A stretch of DNA of 64,000 nt. It comes from an uncultured Gammaproteobacteria bacterium. GTDB taxonomy: Bacteria > Patescibacteriota > Patescibacteriia > 2-12-FULL-57-11. Both the position numbers and the translations under genes were made by a program. Where the stretch lies: NCBI GenBank assembly GCA_964648865.1, contig CAZYLV010000004.1, positions 2,740 to 66,739 on the forward strand, read 5' to 3'. How positions within the stretch are numbered: the stretch's first letter is position 1; each line of letters begins with the position of its first letter. The notes under the pieces are model-generated. The model searched no databases. It was not told the DNA's origin and saw only the letters and a program-made list of their open reading frames with translations. Below, piece by piece: positions 10,926-20,141 of this stretch.

Positions 10926-11384
10926 TCAGCCGTAGATGAACTCGTAGTCGACCTTCTCGTATCGGAACAGCTCCCCCTCCCTGAAGAACCGCGCGATCTC
11001 TGCTTCCGCGTTCTCCGGCGAATCCGAGGCGTGGACCAGGTTCATGGTCCCCATGGACATGTCGCCGCGGATGGAGCCGGCATCCGCCTCGTTGCCGCGC
11101 GTCTTGCCGACGATGATGCGGACCGCGTCCACGCAGGCCGCGCCCTCGAGCGCCATGACCACGACGGGCGCGGACATCATGAACCTCTTGAGCTCCCCGA
11201 AGAACGGCTTGTCCTTGTGGTGGGCGTAGTGCTCGTCGAGATGCAGGTCCGAGAGGGCCATCATCTTCATGCCGATGATCTTGAGCCCCTTGAGCTCGAA
11301 GCGGCGGACGATCTCGCCCACCAGGTTCCGCTGCAGGGCGTCGGGCTTCATGATGACCAGCGTGCGTTCGATGGGGTTTGCCAT
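10926..11384 (-). CDS. ndk: nucleoside diphosphate kinase
   Basis: 152 aa; ERTLVIMKPDALQR...NLVHASDS matches the NDK signature. Confidence 0.9.
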   Translation of the reverse strand: MANPIERTLVIMKPDALQRNLVGEIVRRFELKGLKIIGMKMMALSDLHLDEHYAHHKDKPFFGELKRFMMSAPVVVMALEGAACVDAVRIIVGKTRGNEADAGSIRGDMSMGTMNLVHASDSPENAEAEIARFFREGELFRYEKVDYEFIYG

Positions 11385-11387
11385 ACG

Positions 11388-12548
11388 TCAAGTGGTTGTG
11401 TTGCGCAAAGGATACGGCTTCGCCGCGCGCCTGGCAAGGGCCCACAGCGCCACGTACCAGAAGGCCGCGAGCCATCCTGGGAAGCCGCCGCCCGCGAGCA
11501 GGCTGCCCGGCGCCCGTGCGAACAGTCCCAACAGGAAGAGCAGCAGCGCCGTGGGCGCGGCCAGCGCGGTGCCGAGGGCGAGGCCGGCCGCGTCCCACAA
11601 CCAGGACGCGGCGATGAGCGCGCCGCCGCCGATGGTCAGGAGCGGCACGAACGGCGCGGCCACGACGTTGGCCGGCAGGGCGACCACGGAGAACTCGCCG
11701 AAGGTGCCCACGGTGATCGGCAGGGTGGCGAGCGTCGCGCCGATGCCGTCGGCCGCGGCGGAGCGCGCCGTCTCCGGCATCCGCGCCGGCAACGCCTGGG
11801 CGACGTGCGGGGAGAGCCACAGCAGCCCGCCGGTCGCCGTCATCGACAGGGCGAAGCTGATGCTCCCGATGAGCCGCGGTTCCGCGGCGAGCATCGCCGC
11901 CGCGGCCGCGAGGAGCACGTTGGCGCGGTCGGGCGTGCGGCCGGCCTCACGCGCCGCGAGCACCAGGAGCGCCATGCAGGCGGCGCGCACGACCGGCGGC
12001 TCGGCGCCGGTGAACCCGGCGAACGCGGCGACGCCGACGGCGGTCGCCGCGGCCACGGCGCGCCGTCCCAAGCCGAGGAAGGACAGCAGCGGCATGAGCG
12101 CACCCGCGGCGATGGTCAGGTTGGCGCCGGAGACGGCGACGAGATGCGACGTGCCGGTGGCGCGGAAACGGCGGACGGTCTCGCGCGCCATGCCCGCCTT
12201 CTCGCCCACCGTGATGCCGAGGATGAGCTGGCCTTCCGGCCCGGGCATGGCCCGACGGACGAGATGCGCCGTCCGCGCCCGGGCGCGGGAGAACGCCTCG
12301 ACGGGCATGGGGAGCGGGAGCGGTCGGACGTGCGGACGCGCGGCGCCAAGCACAAGAAGCGCCAGCGCGATGGCCAGCACGCGTCGCGCACCGGACGCGC
12401 GTGCGGCCAGCGCCAGGACCGTCGCACACATCGATGCGAGCAGGAGCGGCTGACCGGCGCAGGCCAAACCCAGCAGGAACGCCACGGTGCACAACCGGAA
12501 CCGCCGCGACGGCGACGGGGCGATTTCCTCCAAAAACGGCAGCGGCAT
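11388..12548 (-). CDS. comEC: ComEC/Rec2-family competence-domain membrane protein (no metallo-beta-lactamase domain)
   Basis: 386 aa polytopic membrane protein with the THLVAVSGANLTI competence-domain motif. It ends 3 nt before ndk. Confidence 0.7.
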   Translation of the reverse strand: MPLPFLEEIAPSPSRRFRLCTVAFLLGLACAGQPLLLASMCATVLALAARASGARRVLAIALALLVLGAARPHVRPLPLPMPVEAFSRARARTAHLVRRAMPGPEGQLILGITVGEKAGMARETVRRFRATGTSHLVAVSGANLTIAAGALMPLLSFLGLGRRAVAAATAVGVAAFAGFTGAEPPVVRAACMALLVLAAREAGRTPDRANVLLAAAAAMLAAEPRLIGSISFALSMTATGGLLWLSPHVAQALPARMPETARSAAADGIGATLATLPITVGTFGEFSVVALPANVVAAPFVPLLTIGGGALIAASWLWDAAGLALGTALAAPTALLLFLLGLFARAPGSLLAGGGFPGWLAAFWYVALWALARRAAKPYPLRNTTT

Positions 12549-12586
12549 ACCTCTTCAGTATGCCGCGTCAGGAGTTCGCTCGATTG

Positions 12587-12883
12587 TCAAGAGGTTGCAG
12601 ACTCAGTCTTATTCAGGATCACCCGTGTGAGCCGATGGCCGTCGGCGTGGGCGCACAGACCCAGATACGAACTGATGTTCCCCGAGGTCACTCGACGCAA
12701 CATCCGTCGCGCCGTTTTCGTCCGTAGCACGGTCGCGTGCGGGAGAAGGACGTATCCGAGGAAGTCGATTCCTTGCTTCCAGGTCCGGATGACGACCTTC
12801 CGAGGATGCAGCGCCAACGCCAACCGCGACGCACGCTCCGACGACCGTCGGTCGGCGGATTCTGGCGCCTTCTGCGGAGACAA
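12587..12883 (-). pseudogene. C-terminal remnant of a reverse transcriptase (DGR/retron/group-II type); no catalytic domains present
   Basis: 98-codon ORF (TTG start) ...HPRKVVIRTWKQGIDFLGYVLLPHATVLRTKTARRMLRRV...SSYLGLCAHADGHRL. This matches the hpeKTkI...GxdFLGy...(S)YlGhlkH pattern of an RT C-terminus. The frame is closed by a TGA about 55 nt upstream, and a terminator lies immediately upstream. Confidence 0.5.
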
Positions 12884-12968
12884 GGGATTTCGGCGACCGC
12901 CATCCCCGCCTACCGGCAGGCAGGCGTGAACGACGGTTCACGAGCCTACTTTCCAAAACCAAGTGTAG

Positions 12969-13022
12969 AAAAAAATGAGGGGCTTGGGAACCAAGGTCCG
13001 AAGACCAAGATTCCCAAGCCCC
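12969..13022 (-). terminator. intrinsic terminator of the 13046 gene
   Basis: Minus strand: ggggcttggg-(nested ggtc/gacc)-cccaagcccc followed by UUUUUUU. Confidence 0.6.
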
Positions 13023-13045
13023 AAGGGTCCAAGACCCGAGTTCCG

Positions 13046-13909
13046 TTACTCCCGGAGGGAAGGCACCGAGTCGCACGAGCGGCCGTAGCCGTGCCAGTCG
13101 GCGTTCAACCCCACCTGCCCGCTGTCGCAGTAGAAGTAGACGTAGGGCACGCTCTGCCACTCGACCTCGTCCCTCTCGGGGACGTTGAGCTCGTAGCCGG
13201 CGGCGAAGAGACCGGGGATCTCGTCGTAGTCGATTGCCCGGATGAGCTCCGGGAACATCCAGGTGACGACGAGCATCTCGTCGGCGAGCGACTTCTTGGG
13301 GTCGCGCACCGCCTCGATGCTCCGGCGCTGCCGGTGCGTGTCGAGGTCGATCGCGACCCACTCGACGACCGGCTTGTGCGTCTCGTTGCCGGAGAGGAGG
13401 CGCAGGCGCTCGATTGGCTTGTCGCCGAAGCGCCTCTTGAGCTCCTTCGTGTCGCCCGAGTACGGACTCGGAGCGGAGCGCAGATGCTCCCAGCGCCAGT
13501 ACTTCTCGGCGCCGAAGACGCGCCGGATCTCGCTGGCGTGGGCCTCGAAGGTCTGCGCGACCCCCGTGTCTCCCTCGCCGAAGCGGATCCGGAGCGACCG
13601 GACGCAGAGCTTGCCCTCGGGCCACTCGGGTGCCGAGGCCGCGAGCTTGGCGAAGACCTCCTCGCCGAAGCCCCAGCCCTGCGCCTCGTTCGCCGCCTTG
13701 AAGCGCGCGAGTTGCGCCTCGACCGAGAGGACGAAGCTGAGGGGCTTCGCCGCCTCCTCGAGCTTGGCGAGGATGGCCTCGCGCATCGCGACCGCGAGGT
13801 CAGGGGTCTTGATGATCTGGAGCACGACGTCGCCGTCGAACCCCGCCCTGGCCAGGACGCGCTTGAACTCGATGTCCTGGCCCACCGTGATCTCGTGCAG
13901 GCTTGCCAT
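13046..13909 (-). CDS. hypothetical protein (287 aa from ATG 13909; the ORF-track GTG is at 13918)
   Basis: Coding-like frame with no recognised domain. It has its own promoter, a roughly 140-nt leader and its own terminator. ATG 13909 is preceded by GGAGGG at 8 nt. Confidence 0.55.
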   Translation of the reverse strand: MASLHEITVGQDIEFKRVLARAGFDGDVVLQIIKTPDLAVAMREAILAKLEEAAKPLSFVLSVEAQLARFKAANEAQGWGFGEEVFAKLAASAPEWPEGKLCVRSLRIRFGEGDTGVAQTFEAHASEIRRVFGAEKYWRWEHLRSAPSPYSGDTKELKRRFGDKPIERLRLLSGNETHKPVVEWVAIDLDTHRQRRSIEAVRDPKKSLADEMLVVTWMFPELIRAIDYDEIPGLFAAGYELNVPERDEVEWQSVPYVYFYCDSGQVGLNADWHGYGRSCDSVPSLRE

Positions 13910-14056
13910 GTGGCTCACCCTCCTTCACCGCTGTGGCTCACCTCCTCCGGGAACCGCCCCGGATTCGGCTGACCTGTCAAAAGCGGCGTCCTTTCGTTCT
14001 GGATCCCCGTTTCCACGGGGATGACAACGGCAAAACGCCACTTTCAACAACGGCCC

Positions 14057-14085
14057 AATATAGCAGGAAAAGTCCGTTTTGTCAA
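14057..14085 (-). promoter_or_regulatory. sigma70-type promoter (TTGACA, 17 nt spacer, TATATT) for the 13909 gene
   Basis: Minus strand: ttgaca aaacggacttttcctgc tatatt. The -35 hexamer directly abuts the glmS stop codon. Confidence 0.5.
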
Positions 14086-14088
14086 GGG

Positions 14089-15912
14089 TCATTCGACGGT
14101 AACCGATTTCGCCAAGTTCCTAGGTTTATCGACATCGAGCCCTTTGGCGACCGCGGCGCCGTAGGCCAAGAGCTGCAGCGGCACGACCATGAGGAGCGGG
14201 AGCAGCATCTCGTGGACCGCCGGAATGGGAAAGAAGACATCGGAGAGTTTGGGGACCTCGATGTCCCCTTCCGTGCCGATGGCGATGACCTTGCCTTGGC
14301 GCGCCCGCACCTCCTGCAGGTTGCCGAGCGTCTTTTCGTAGACGCTGTCCTTGGGCGCGAGGACGATGGAGGGGAATGTCGACGTGATGAGGGCGATGGG
14401 TCCGTGCTTCATCTCGCCTGCAGGATAGGCCTCGGCGTGGACGTAGGCGATCTCCTTGAGCTTGAGGGCGCCTTCCAGCGCCGCGGGGAACCCCATCTTG
14501 CGGCCGAGGTAAAAGGCCGACGGCGCCGCGGCGAGCATGGTCACGGCCGGCTCGAGCTCCGCGCGCCGCGCCAGGATGCCCTCGATGGCCGCGGGGATCC
14601 GCCCGAGTCCGGTGAGGATCTCGCGGCCTTCGGCGATGGAGATGCCGCGCATCCGCCCGAGCAGGAGCGCCAAGAGGGTCAGCACCGTGACCTGCCCGAG
14701 GAAGGCCTTGGTCGAGGCCACGCCGATCTCAGGTCCGGCGTCGATGTGGATGCCGCCGTCGGTCTCGCGCACCAAGGAGGAACCTGCGGCGTTGTTGATG
14801 CCGTAGACCTTGAGCCCTTTGCGCTTGAGCTCGCGCACCGCGGCGAGCGTGTCGGCCGTCTCGCCGGACTGGCTGACGGCGATGATGAGCGCGTCGTCCT
14901 CGACGTGGATCCTCTTGTAGCGGAACTCGCTGGCGACGACCGCGTCGGTGGGGATGCCGGAGAACTCCTCGAAGAGGTACTTGCCGATCATGCCGGCGTA
15001 GTGCGCGCTGCCGCAGCCGATGAGCACCACCCGACGCTTGGCGCGCAGCTCGGAAAGGGTCAGGTTGAGCCCGCCGAAGCGCGCCATGCCGTCGTCGAAG
15101 AGCACGCGGCCGGCGGCGGCGCGACGCACGACCTCCGGCTGCTCGTGGATCTCCTTGAGCATGAAGTGCGGCCACGTCCCCTTGTCGTAGCGCTCGACGT
15201 CCTGGGCGACGCGCTCCGCCGGCCGGTCCAACCAGATGTTGTCGAGCGTCATCACCTGGTAGTCCTCGCGGGAGACGCGCACCATCTCCCCGTCGTTGAG
15301 ATAGACGATGTCCTTGGTGAACGGCAGGATGGCGCCGACGTCCGAGGCCACGAGATGGCCGTCGTCGCCCACCCCCACCACGAGCGGGCTGCCCCGCCGC
15401 GCGGCGACGATCAGGTTGGGCTGGTCGGCGGCGACCACGGCGAGCGCGTAGCTGCCGCGCAACTCGCGGATGGCGAGCCGCACGGCCTCGCCCAGGTTCT
15501 CGCGGTAGTGCTTCTCCACGAGGTGCGCCACCACTTCCGTGTCCGTCTCCGAGACGAAGCGATGCCCCTCCTCCTCGAGGCGGCGCTTGAGGTGCGTGAA
15601 GTTCTCGACGATGCCGTTGTGCACCACGGCGATGCGTCCGTGGCAGTCACGGTGCGGATGGGCGTTCACCTCGTTGGGAGCGCCGTGGGTGGCCCAGCGC
15701 GTGTGGGCGACGCCGAGCGTCTCCGCGGCGCCGGTCGGCACGCGCGCCGCGAGCTCGGCCACCTTGCCGACGGCCTTGGTCACGGAGAGCGCGCCGTCAC
15801 CGACGAGCGCGATGCCCGCGGAGTCGTAGCCGCGATACTCCAGCCGCCGCAGCCCTTCGAGGAGCACGGGGGCCGCCGGGCGCGTGCCGATGGAGCCGAC
15901 GATGCCGCACAT
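14089..15912 (-). CDS. glmS: glutamine--fructose-6-phosphate aminotransferase (isomerising)
   Basis: 607 aa beginning MCGIVG. It has an N-terminal class II glutamine amidotransferase domain and two SIS domains. Confidence 0.92.
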   Translation of the reverse strand: MCGIVGSIGTRPAAPVLLEGLRRLEYRGYDSAGIALVGDGALSVTKAVGKVAELAARVPTGAAETLGVAHTRWATHGAPNEVNAHPHRDCHGRIAVVHNGIVENFTHLKRRLEEEGHRFVSETDTEVVAHLVEKHYRENLGEAVRLAIRELRGSYALAVVAADQPNLIVAARRGSPLVVGVGDDGHLVASDVGAILPFTKDIVYLNDGEMVRVSREDYQVMTLDNIWLDRPAERVAQDVERYDKGTWPHFMLKEIHEQPEVVRRAAAGRVLFDDGMARFGGLNLTLSELRAKRRVVLIGCGSAHYAGMIGKYLFEEFSGIPTDAVVASEFRYKRIHVEDDALIIAVSQSGETADTLAAVRELKRKGLKVYGINNAAGSSLVRETDGGIHIDAGPEIGVASTKAFLGQVTVLTLLALLLGRMRGISIAEGREILTGLGRIPAAIEGILARRAELEPAVTMLAAAPSAFYLGRKMGFPAALEGALKLKEIAYVHAEAYPAGEMKHGPIALITSTFPSIVLAPKDSVYEKTLGNLQEVRARQGKVIAIGTEGDIEVPKLSDVFFPIPAVHEMLLPLLMVVPLQLLAYGAAVAKGLDVDKPRNLAKSVTVE

Positions 15913-15922
15913 ACCCGCCTAT

Positions 15923-16744
15923 CTACTCACGCCCGACAAAGGCGCGCAACCGCTTGAGGAACGTCTCCGTGCCGTGGTCCTCGCCCATGCGCACCCGCGG
16001 CAGGGCCAGCGGATCGCTCGAGGTGGTGACCGCACCCTCGCGGATGGTGAAGGCATAGCGGATGCCGGCATCCTCGAGCATGGCCCGGACGGCATCGTTC
16101 TCCTCGCCGTTGGGGTAGGCGAAATACGGTTCGCGCACGGCCACCTCGCGTCCCAGGAAATCCACGGACGAGACGATCTCCTCGCGCGCCAGCTCCGGCC
16201 GGACCCGCGTCAGGATCTCATGCCAACGGGTGTGCGGAGCCAGCGTCCAGCCGGCATCGCGCATCTCGACGAGCAACTCCGGCGGCAGGTAGGACGCTGC
16301 GCGGTTGCCGGACGGTCCGGTCATCACGAAGACGGTGGCCGGATAACCGAACTCCCGAAGGATCGGGAAGGCTGCGGTGTAGGTGTCGCGGTTGCCGTCG
16401 TCGAAGGAGATGACCACGCTGCGCTCCGGCAGGACACGCGCCCCCTCGATCGCCTTGGCGAGGGCGGGCAGCGTGACGACCGTCCAGCCGTCATCCCGGA
16501 GCGCCTGCATCTGGCTGCGGAAGGTCGAGGTCGAGACGAAAAGGCCGTATGGATCGCGCGCGGGCAGCGCGCCGACGCGGTGGTACATGAGCACGGGGAC
16601 GCGAAGCTCGGGCACTCCCTCCGTCTCCATCTTTTCAAGAGGGAGCGGGACTCGGGTATCCCTCTCTTGCGAAGAGGAGGACGGAGGAGTCGCGCACCCG
16701 GCACCGATGAGCAGCAGGGCGACGATGAGCGAGGCAGCGCGCAT
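15923..16744 (-). CDS. polysaccharide deacetylase (NodB-homology) family lipoprotein
   Basis: 273 aa with a signal peptide and lipobox (LLIGAGC) and NodB motifs (VISFDDG, HT..H). Confidence 0.8.
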   Translation of the reverse strand: MRAASLIVALLLIGAGCATPPSSSSQERDTRVPLPLEKMETEGVPELRVPVLMYHRVGALPARDPYGLFVSTSTFRSQMQALRDDGWTVVTLPALAKAIEGARVLPERSVVISFDDGNRDTYTAAFPILREFGYPATVFVMTGPSGNRAASYLPPELLVEMRDAGWTLAPHTRWHEILTRVRPELAREEIVSSVDFLGREVAVREPYFAYPNGEENDAVRAMLEDAGIRYAFTIREGAVTTSSDPLALPRVRMGEDHGTETFLKRLRAFVGRE

Positions 16745-16759
16745 ACGACAAAGGCCGCG

Positions 16760-19171
16760 CTAGGCGGCCTCCGCGACGACGATGCTCACCAGACGCTTGG
16801 GCACGACGACCACCTTCCGGATCGGCCGTCCATGGATCCAGGGCCGGACCTTCTCCGAGGCGATGGCCCGCGCCTTCAGCGTCTCCTCGTCGATGTCCGC
16901 GGGCACGACGAGCGAATCGCGGTGCTTGCCGTTGACCTGCACGACGACGGTCACCTCGTCCTCGACGAGCAGAGACGCATCCGTGGTCGGCCAGGGCTCC
17001 TGGATGAGGAACGTCCCGTAGCCCAAGCGGCTCCACAGCTCGTCGGCAAGATGCGGCGCGAAGGGCGAGAGCATCTTCAGGAACAGCTCCCAATCCTCCT
17101 GCGGCACGCGCCCGGCCTTGGCGAAGGCGTTGGCCAGGATCATCAGGGCCGAGACGGCGGTGTTGAAGCGGAAGCCCTCGATGTCGGCGCCGACCTTGGC
17201 CAGCGTCTTGTGGGCCAGGCGATGCAGGACCGCATCCTGCTCGACCGCGACCAGCTCGGAGAGCCCGTGGACCTTCTCCAGGAAGCGGCGCACGCCGACG
17301 ATGCCCGAGGTGCTCCAGGGCTTGGCGTCCTCGAACGGCCCCATGAACATCTCGTAGATGCGCAGCGTGTCCGCGCCGTATGCGGCGATGACCTCGTCCG
17401 GGTTGACGACGTTGCCGCGGGACTTGGACATCTTCTGTCCGTCCTCGCCGAGGATGAGCCCCTGGTTCATCAGCCGCGCGAAGGGCTCCTCGAAGGGCAC
17501 GAGCCCCGCGTCATGGAGCACGGCCGTGATGAACCGGGCGTACAGCAGGTGGAGCACGGCGTGTTCGGCCCCACCCACGTAAAGGTCCACCGGGCACCAG
17601 GCGGCCACGGCCTCCGGATCGAAGGCCCGCCCGGCGTCGGTCGGCGAGCAGTAGCGCAAGAAATACCATGAGGAGTCGACGAACGTGTCCATGGTGTCGG
17701 ACTCGCGGCGTGCCGGGTTGCCGCAGCGCGGACAGGAGACGTCATGGAAGCTCTTGGAGCGCGCCAGCGGCGACTCGCCGGTAGGGCGGAAGTCGACGTC
17801 GTCCGGGAGCGTGACCGGGAGGTCCTTTTCCGGGACAGGGACCTCACCGCAGTCGTCGCACAGGATGATGGGGATGGGCGCGCCCCAGTAGCGTTGGCGG
17901 GAGACCAACCAGTCGCGCAGATGCCAGTGCACCGCGCGCTGCCCGGCGCCGGCGGCGATGAGCGCGTCGGTGATGGCCGCAGCGGCCTGGGCGTTGGTGA
18001 TGCCGTCATACTCCCCCGAGCGGACCATGATCCCCGCGCCGGTGTAGGCGCCCTCGCCGTGCGGGATGCCCGCAGGCGGTGCGATGACGAACAACGGATC
18101 GAAGCCGTAGGTCTGGGCGAAGCTCCAGTCGCGCTCGTCGTGCGCCGGAACGACCATGACCGCGCCGGTCCCGTATTGCGGCAGCACGTAGTCGGCGACC
18201 CAGAGCGGGATGGTCGCATCCGTCAGCGGATGCCGGACGGAGACCCCGAGCGCCACGCCGCGCTTCTCCGCGGCCTCGGTACGCTCGCGGTCGGCCTTGG
18301 CCGTGGTTTCCGCCACGAAGGCCTCGACCGCGGCACGGCGCTCCGCAGGCACGAGCGCGGGGACGAGCGGGTGTTCGGGGGCCAGCACCACGGCGACGAC
18401 GCCGAAGAGCGTGTCCGGCCGCGTGGTGAACACCGGCACGGCGAACTCCTCGCCCGCCTCGCTCACCCCACGGAAGACGACCTCCGCGCCCTCGCTCTTG
18501 CCGAGCCAGTTGCGCTGCATGGCCGTGATGCGGTCCGGCCAATCGATGCCGTCGAGCCCGGCAAGCAGCCGCTCGGCATACTGCGTGATGCGGAAGAACC
18601 ACTGCGAGAGCTCCTTCTGTTCCACCGGCGTGCCGCACCGCTCGCAGCAACCGTCGACGACCTGCTCGTTGGCCAGCACCGTCTGATCCTTGGGACACCA
18701 GTTGACCGGTGCCGTGGCCTTATATGCCAAGCCACGCTCGTGGAGCTTGAGGAACAGCCACTGCGTCCACGTATAGTAGGAAGGGTCCGACGTATCCACC
18801 TCGCGGTCCCAATCGTAGGCGAAACCGAGCGAGCGGATCTGCCGGCGGAAATTGGCGATGTTGGCTGCGGCGATCTCCTTGGGATTCTTCCGGACCTTGA
18901 TGGCGTAGTTCTCGGTCGGCAGGCCGAAGGCGTCCCAACCCATCGGGTGGAGCACATGCTGCCCTTCCATGCGGCGCTTGCGCACGAGGATGTCCGTGGC
19001 GGTGTAGCCCTCGGGGTGGCCGACGTGCAGCCCCTGCGCCGAGGGGTACGGGAACATGTCCAGGACATAGGCCTTGCGCCCGGGCGCGGGACGCTCCGGC
19101 GCGCGGAAGACGCCCGCCGCGAGCCAGCGGTCCTGCCAGTGCCTCTCGATGCCGGCATGGTCGTATCGCAT
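16760..19171 (-). CDS. leuS: leucine--tRNA ligase
   Basis: The ORF track extends to 19708, but a conserved MRYDHAGIERHWQ start places the ATG at 19171. It has the HVGHPEGY (HIGH) and KMSKS motifs. Confidence 0.9.
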   Translation of the reverse strand: MRYDHAGIERHWQDRWLAAGVFRAPERPAPGRKAYVLDMFPYPSAQGLHVGHPEGYTATDILVRKRRMEGQHVLHPMGWDAFGLPTENYAIKVRKNPKEIAAANIANFRRQIRSLGFAYDWDREVDTSDPSYYTWTQWLFLKLHERGLAYKATAPVNWCPKDQTVLANEQVVDGCCERCGTPVEQKELSQWFFRITQYAERLLAGLDGIDWPDRITAMQRNWLGKSEGAEVVFRGVSEAGEEFAVPVFTTRPDTLFGVVAVVLAPEHPLVPALVPAERRAAVEAFVAETTAKADRERTEAAEKRGVALGVSVRHPLTDATIPLWVADYVLPQYGTGAVMVVPAHDERDWSFAQTYGFDPLFVIAPPAGIPHGEGAYTGAGIMVRSGEYDGITNAQAAAAITDALIAAGAGQRAVHWHLRDWLVSRQRYWGAPIPIILCDDCGEVPVPEKDLPVTLPDDVDFRPTGESPLARSKSFHDVSCPRCGNPARRESDTMDTFVDSSWYFLRYCSPTDAGRAFDPEAVAAWCPVDLYVGGAEHAVLHLLYARFITAVLHDAGLVPFEEPFARLMNQGLILGEDGQKMSKSRGNVVNPDEVIAAYGADTLRIYEMFMGPFEDAKPWSTSGIVGVRRFLEKVHGLSELVAVEQDAVLHRLAHKTLAKVGADIEGFRFNTAVSALMILANAFAKAGRVPQEDWELFLKMLSPFAPHLADELWSRLGYGTFLIQEPWPTTDASLLVEDEVTVVVQVNGKHRDSLVVPADIDEETLKARAIASEKVRPWIHGRPIRKVVVVPKRLVSIVVAEAA

Positions 19172-19212
19172 ACCGGACGAGTGTAGCGGCCGCACCCCGC
19201 TCTGGCAACGCC

Positions 19213-19455
19213 CTAGCGCGGTCCCAGCAGCTCCCGTTCGAAGGCTGCGGCGCGCGCCTCGAAGCGTCCGAGGCGGGCCGTCATGTCGCGCATCTCGGCA
19301 CGGGTCAGGCGCGCCTGCTCGCTCAGCGCCACGAACCAGACCATGGACACGCCGAGGGCGAGCAGGAGCGTGAAGGCACGCGCGCCGTCGGAGAAGCGGT
19401 GCCGATGCCAGGGGACGTGCGAAGACGGATGGAGGACGCGCGGCATAGTCGGCAT
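19213..19455 (-). CDS. small bitopic membrane/coiled-coil protein (FtsB/DivIC-like septum-formation-initiator candidate)
   Basis: 80-aa ORF with one TM helix (FTLLLALGVSMVWFVAL) followed by a heptad-like charged region. It sits immediately upstream of leuS. Confidence 0.4.
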   Translation of the reverse strand: MPTMPRVLHPSSHVPWHRHRFSDGARAFTLLLALGVSMVWFVALSEQARLTRAEMRDMTARLGRFEARAAAFERELLGPR

Positions 19456-19673
19456 CAGTATAACAAAAAATCCCTCCGCGGGACTTTTTGCCTTTTTGCT
19501 GTTTGTGTTGTGAAGGTGCGGGAGGCTCCTCCCTCCGACCGGCGTGTCCCCCGCCTCGACGGTGCGAGGCGGTTTGGGGACGGACCCGTCGAGGAACCTG
19601 AGTCCCTCGCCGGGGACTCGCCGCGGGCTCGGAGTACGGGCGCGCGGCGAGGACCCGCAAGCGACTCCGCGGC

Positions 19674-20042
19674 TTACTGACGCAGGCCCTGCCAGCGCGT
19701 GCTGTCACGCCCGAAGGCCATGACCATGGCGTGCACGGCGCGACGGTTCTCCTCCTGGACGACCGAGACGCGGCCGCCGATCTCCCGGGAGATGCCCTGG
19801 GCGATCTCCGGCAGCACCGAGACGTTGCGGTCGAGACGGGCGATCATCCGCTCATAGCCGCGGCCGATGCCGTCCGCCGTACCGAGGATCGTCTTCGCCC
19901 CGTCCGCGAACGTGTCCGCCGGCGTCGTCGCCAAGGCGAACGAGAAGACGAAGAGGAAGAGGGCGAAGAGCAGCGATTCGAAGGTGTTCCGGTCCTTGCC
20001 GAACCACAGCGAATCAAGCGCCGTTTGGTTTTTGTTTTCCAT
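19674..20042 (-). CDS. hypothetical membrane protein
   Basis: 122 aa, ATG preceded by GAAGGGAGGTGA, with a TM helix (LLFALFLFVFSFAL). Confidence 0.5.
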   Translation of the reverse strand: MENKNQTALDSLWFGKDRNTFESLLFALFLFVFSFALATTPADTFADGAKTILGTADGIGRGYERMIARLDRNVSVLPEIAQGISREIGGRVSVVQEENRRAVHAMVMAFGRDSTRWQGLRQ

Positions 20043-20112
20043 ACGTCACCTCCCTTCAGGTTGTTTTTGTTTTGCCCCGCGAAGCGGGGCGGCCTCCTGC
20101 ATCGATGGACAT

Positions 20113-20141
20113 ACTATAGCATAAAAAGAGCCGCTTGTCAA
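20113..20141 (-). promoter_or_regulatory. sigma70-type promoter (TTGACA, 17 nt spacer, TATAGT) for the 20042 gene; the -35 lies in the loop of the upstream terminator
   Basis: Minus strand: ttgaca agcggctctttttatgc tatagt. Confidence 0.5.

Noticed and set aside
12884-13150. DGR template/variable repeat pair around the RT remnant
   Set aside because: The 3' end of the neighbouring 13046 gene and the 12884-13045 spacer share no repeat. The spacer is a terminator hairpin.
13046-13918. The 287/290-aa protein as the missing N-terminal part of the RT (same reading frame as the remnant)
   Set aside because: No RT palm motifs (no YADD or QG..SP). The frame match is 1-in-3 chance. Two stop codons and a terminator separate the two.
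19456-19673. T-box riboswitch upstream of leuS
   Set aside because: No T-box consensus (AATTAGGGTGGNACCGCG-like) or specifier-loop arrangement was found on the minus-strand leader.
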